Source: a virus. From it: a stretch of DNA of 64,000 bases. Shown here piece by piece: positions 62,303 to 64,000 of this stretch. Below the pieces are notes generated by a model. It was not told the DNA's origin and made no database searches. It saw only the letters and a list, made by a program, of their open reading frames with translations. Position 1 is the first letter of the stretch. Every line of letters begins with the position of its first letter. The position numbers and the translations under genes are program-made. The stretch is taken from IMG/VR virus record IMGVR_UViG_3300037549_000096; one strand, given 5' to 3'.

Positions 62303-63592
62303 ATGATCATTAAACTAGCTACATTCAAACAAGCTATTCGTCCTCTTATGAGAAATAAGGGAATAGTTGGTCTACATATTTTAAACGGTACAGTTATTGG
62401 TGCTTCTATTGGTAATAATAGTAATAAAGAAAAACATCTTTATGGTTTTAAACGTAATAAAAATGGTTCTTTTTATCGTAAACCTGAAACGAATACAGGA
62501 AAACGTATTTTAACAGGTGCGATTATTGGCGCATTTGGCGGATTGGGTACTGGAGCATTTACAGCTAAATCTATGGATGGTAGTACAAAAATGTATAGAG
62601 ATTATGCACGACAATTTAAACAACAATTTAAGAGTGGTTATCATACGCCTCCACCTAGAAAACCTAAAACAGCTACTACAGATGATATTAAATCATTCTT
62701 TAAAACTCACGCAAATATTACTCATACTAATATCAAAACTAAAAAAGAAGCAACTAATCATTATCGTAATGCAGCACGAATTCATCATCCAGACGCAGGT
62801 GGTAAAGTAGAAAACTTTCAGAAATTAGAAACTGATTGGAGTAAAGTTAAAACCTCACCTTGGTTTGAAAAGTTAGCTGCTATCATAAACAGAACACGAA
62901 ATAATTCAATAGAACATGATATAGCTCAAATACAATATGGTGGTTATTCTATCTCTGGCAATGGTAATATTAATGTTATGAATCCTAGAAGAAAATTTAA
63001 TAGATTAATGAGTCCTTTTCATAGTGTTTTTGATAATTCTCAAGCAGTTAAAGATGGTCATAAAATTGGTGTATTACACGAATTGTCAGAACGTAAATAT
63101 TTTAAACAACTAGAAAAAGATAAAAATATTAATCCTCGTTCATTCGTTGGCGCTCAAATTCAACGTAAGTTTATGGGAACACCTACAGGCGCTCATGTTA
63201 GTTTAGCTGTTTTAGGTGAAGAAAGTAATAACTTAAATAGAATTACTAGTGAAAAAGTAAAAGAACGTGTAAAGAAAATGCGTTACATGACTGGTGAAAA
63301 TGATTTACTTAAAAATATTACTGGAAAAACTTATGGTAAACATATTTTTACGCCTGAAGATTTAGAAAAATTACATAATACTTCTACAAAAGCTAAATCT
63401 CCGTTTAAAGTAGGATCTAAATCTTTAATTGGTGGTGTAGCAGGTGCAGTTTTAGCTCCAATGTTAGTTAAAAAGAAATATAAAGCCGAAGATGTTCAAG
63501 GTAAGAGAATTGGTGCTGCTATTTTAGGTGGTGTTGCAGGTGCTAGTGCCGAGAAATTCATTAGAACAAATATACTTAAGCTACATAAGTAG
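62303..63592 (+). CDS. MIIKLA-family multidomain protein (glycine zipper, J-domain-like region, internal EKLA, HExxE region, glycine zipper)
   Basis: YRNAARIHHPDAGG..ENFQKL; WFEKLAA; VLHELSE. Confidence 0.8.
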   Translation: MIIKLATFKQAIRPLMRNKGIVGLHILNGTVIGASIGNNSNKEKHLYGFKRNKNGSFYRKPETNTGKRILTGAIIGAFGGLGTGAFTAKSMDGSTKMYRDYARQFKQQFKSGYHTPPPRKPKTATTDDIKSFFKTHANITHTNIKTKKEATNHYRNAARIHHPDAGGKVENFQKLETDWSKVKTSPWFEKLAAIINRTRNNSIEHDIAQIQYGGYSISGNGNINVMNPRRKFNRLMSPFHSVFDNSQAVKDGHKIGVLHELSERKYFKQLEKDKNINPRSFVGAQIQRKFMGTPTGAHVSLAVLGEESNNLNRITSEKVKERVKKMRYMTGENDLLKNITGKTYGKHIFTPEDLEKLHNTSTKAKSPFKVGSKSLIGGVAGAVLAPMLVKKKYKAEDVQGKRIGAAILGGVAGASAEKFIRTNILKLHK

Positions 63593-63600
63593 GAGATATC

Positions 63601-63900
63601 ATGTTAGGCAAACTTGCCGCAGTAAAAATTACTAAAACTCAATACAATGAGTTAGATTTATCTTGGCGATTAAAAGAAAATAAAATCAAAGATGAATTAA
63701 AACCGTGTATTGCTAAACTTTTAGAATCACTTTCTAATAAGAAAGAGTTTTCTGTTAGCATTGGTAATGAAACGTTTAAAATTGATCCTAGTAAATTTTA
63801 TCTTTCTGATTTACGAATGGAAACTCGCAATAATTCTATGTTACGTCAAGACCATAATATAACTACAGGTGATTGCGCTAAAGCTGAAAGTTGTGGTTAA
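63601..63900 (+). CDS. MIIKLA-family variant (MLGKLAA)
   Basis: AGGAG RBS; KLA at residues 4-6. Confidence 0.7.
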   Translation: MLGKLAAVKITKTQYNELDLSWRLKENKIKDELKPCIAKLLESLSNKKEFSVSIGNETFKIDPSKFYLSDLRMETRNNSMLRQDHNITTGDCAKAESCG

Positions 63901-63903
63901 TAT

Positions 63904-64000
63904 ATGATTATTAAATTAGCGCAAAATGTACATGAAAAAATTATGAAAGAATTTGGTTTTAATATTAAACCAAAACATTTTGAAGGTATGGGTGAATTAG
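63904..64000 (+). CDS. MIIKLA-family protein, partial
   Basis: MIIKLAQNVHEKIMKEFG..., open to the window end. Confidence 0.75.
   Translation, partial: MIIKLAQNVHEKIMKEFGFNIKPKHFEGMGEL

Noticed and set aside
54324-64000. atgattattaaa(c/t)tagc as a DNA repeat (CRISPR, attC or recombination cassette site)
   Set aside because: Spacing is irregular, there is no palindrome, and variation is concentrated at synonymous positions, so the constraint appears to be on the peptide. A secondary recombination role is not excluded.
1-64000. Alternative genetic code (TAG/TGA recoding)
   Set aside because: Long conserved genes are intact under code 11, and TAG and TGA end genes at sensible junctions.

Overview
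AT-rich segment of a large, myovirus-like dsDNA bacteriophage genome using the standard genetic code. It has two divergent arms. The left arm (1-23.0 kb, minus strand) is mostly small accessory ORFs (RadC/JAB, DnaJ, macro-like, nucleotidyltransferase, DUF6527-like, HD-like). It also carries a ~680-nt highly structured non-coding RNA candidate (3635-4315) and an Ig/FN3/beta-helix surface-protein plus glycosyltransferase module. The strand switch (23.2-23.65 kb) holds a ~300-bp nested imperfect palindrome with a (TG)n core next to an AT-only tract, which is a candidate origin. The right arm (23.6-64 kb, plus strand) holds tail and baseplate genes with a -1 frameshifted tail chaperone and a tape measure. 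It also holds nucleotide metabolism genes, including a class II ribonucleotide reductase split into two separately promoted genes 4.1 kb apart, then tail fibres, an M15 peptidase and a sigma factor. The most striking signal is at least 12 unrelated ORFs that share an N-terminal M-I-I-K-L-A hexapeptide, a candidate capsid-targeting or protease-cleavage tag for virion cargo proteins. All product calls come from motif recognition by eye, not database searches.
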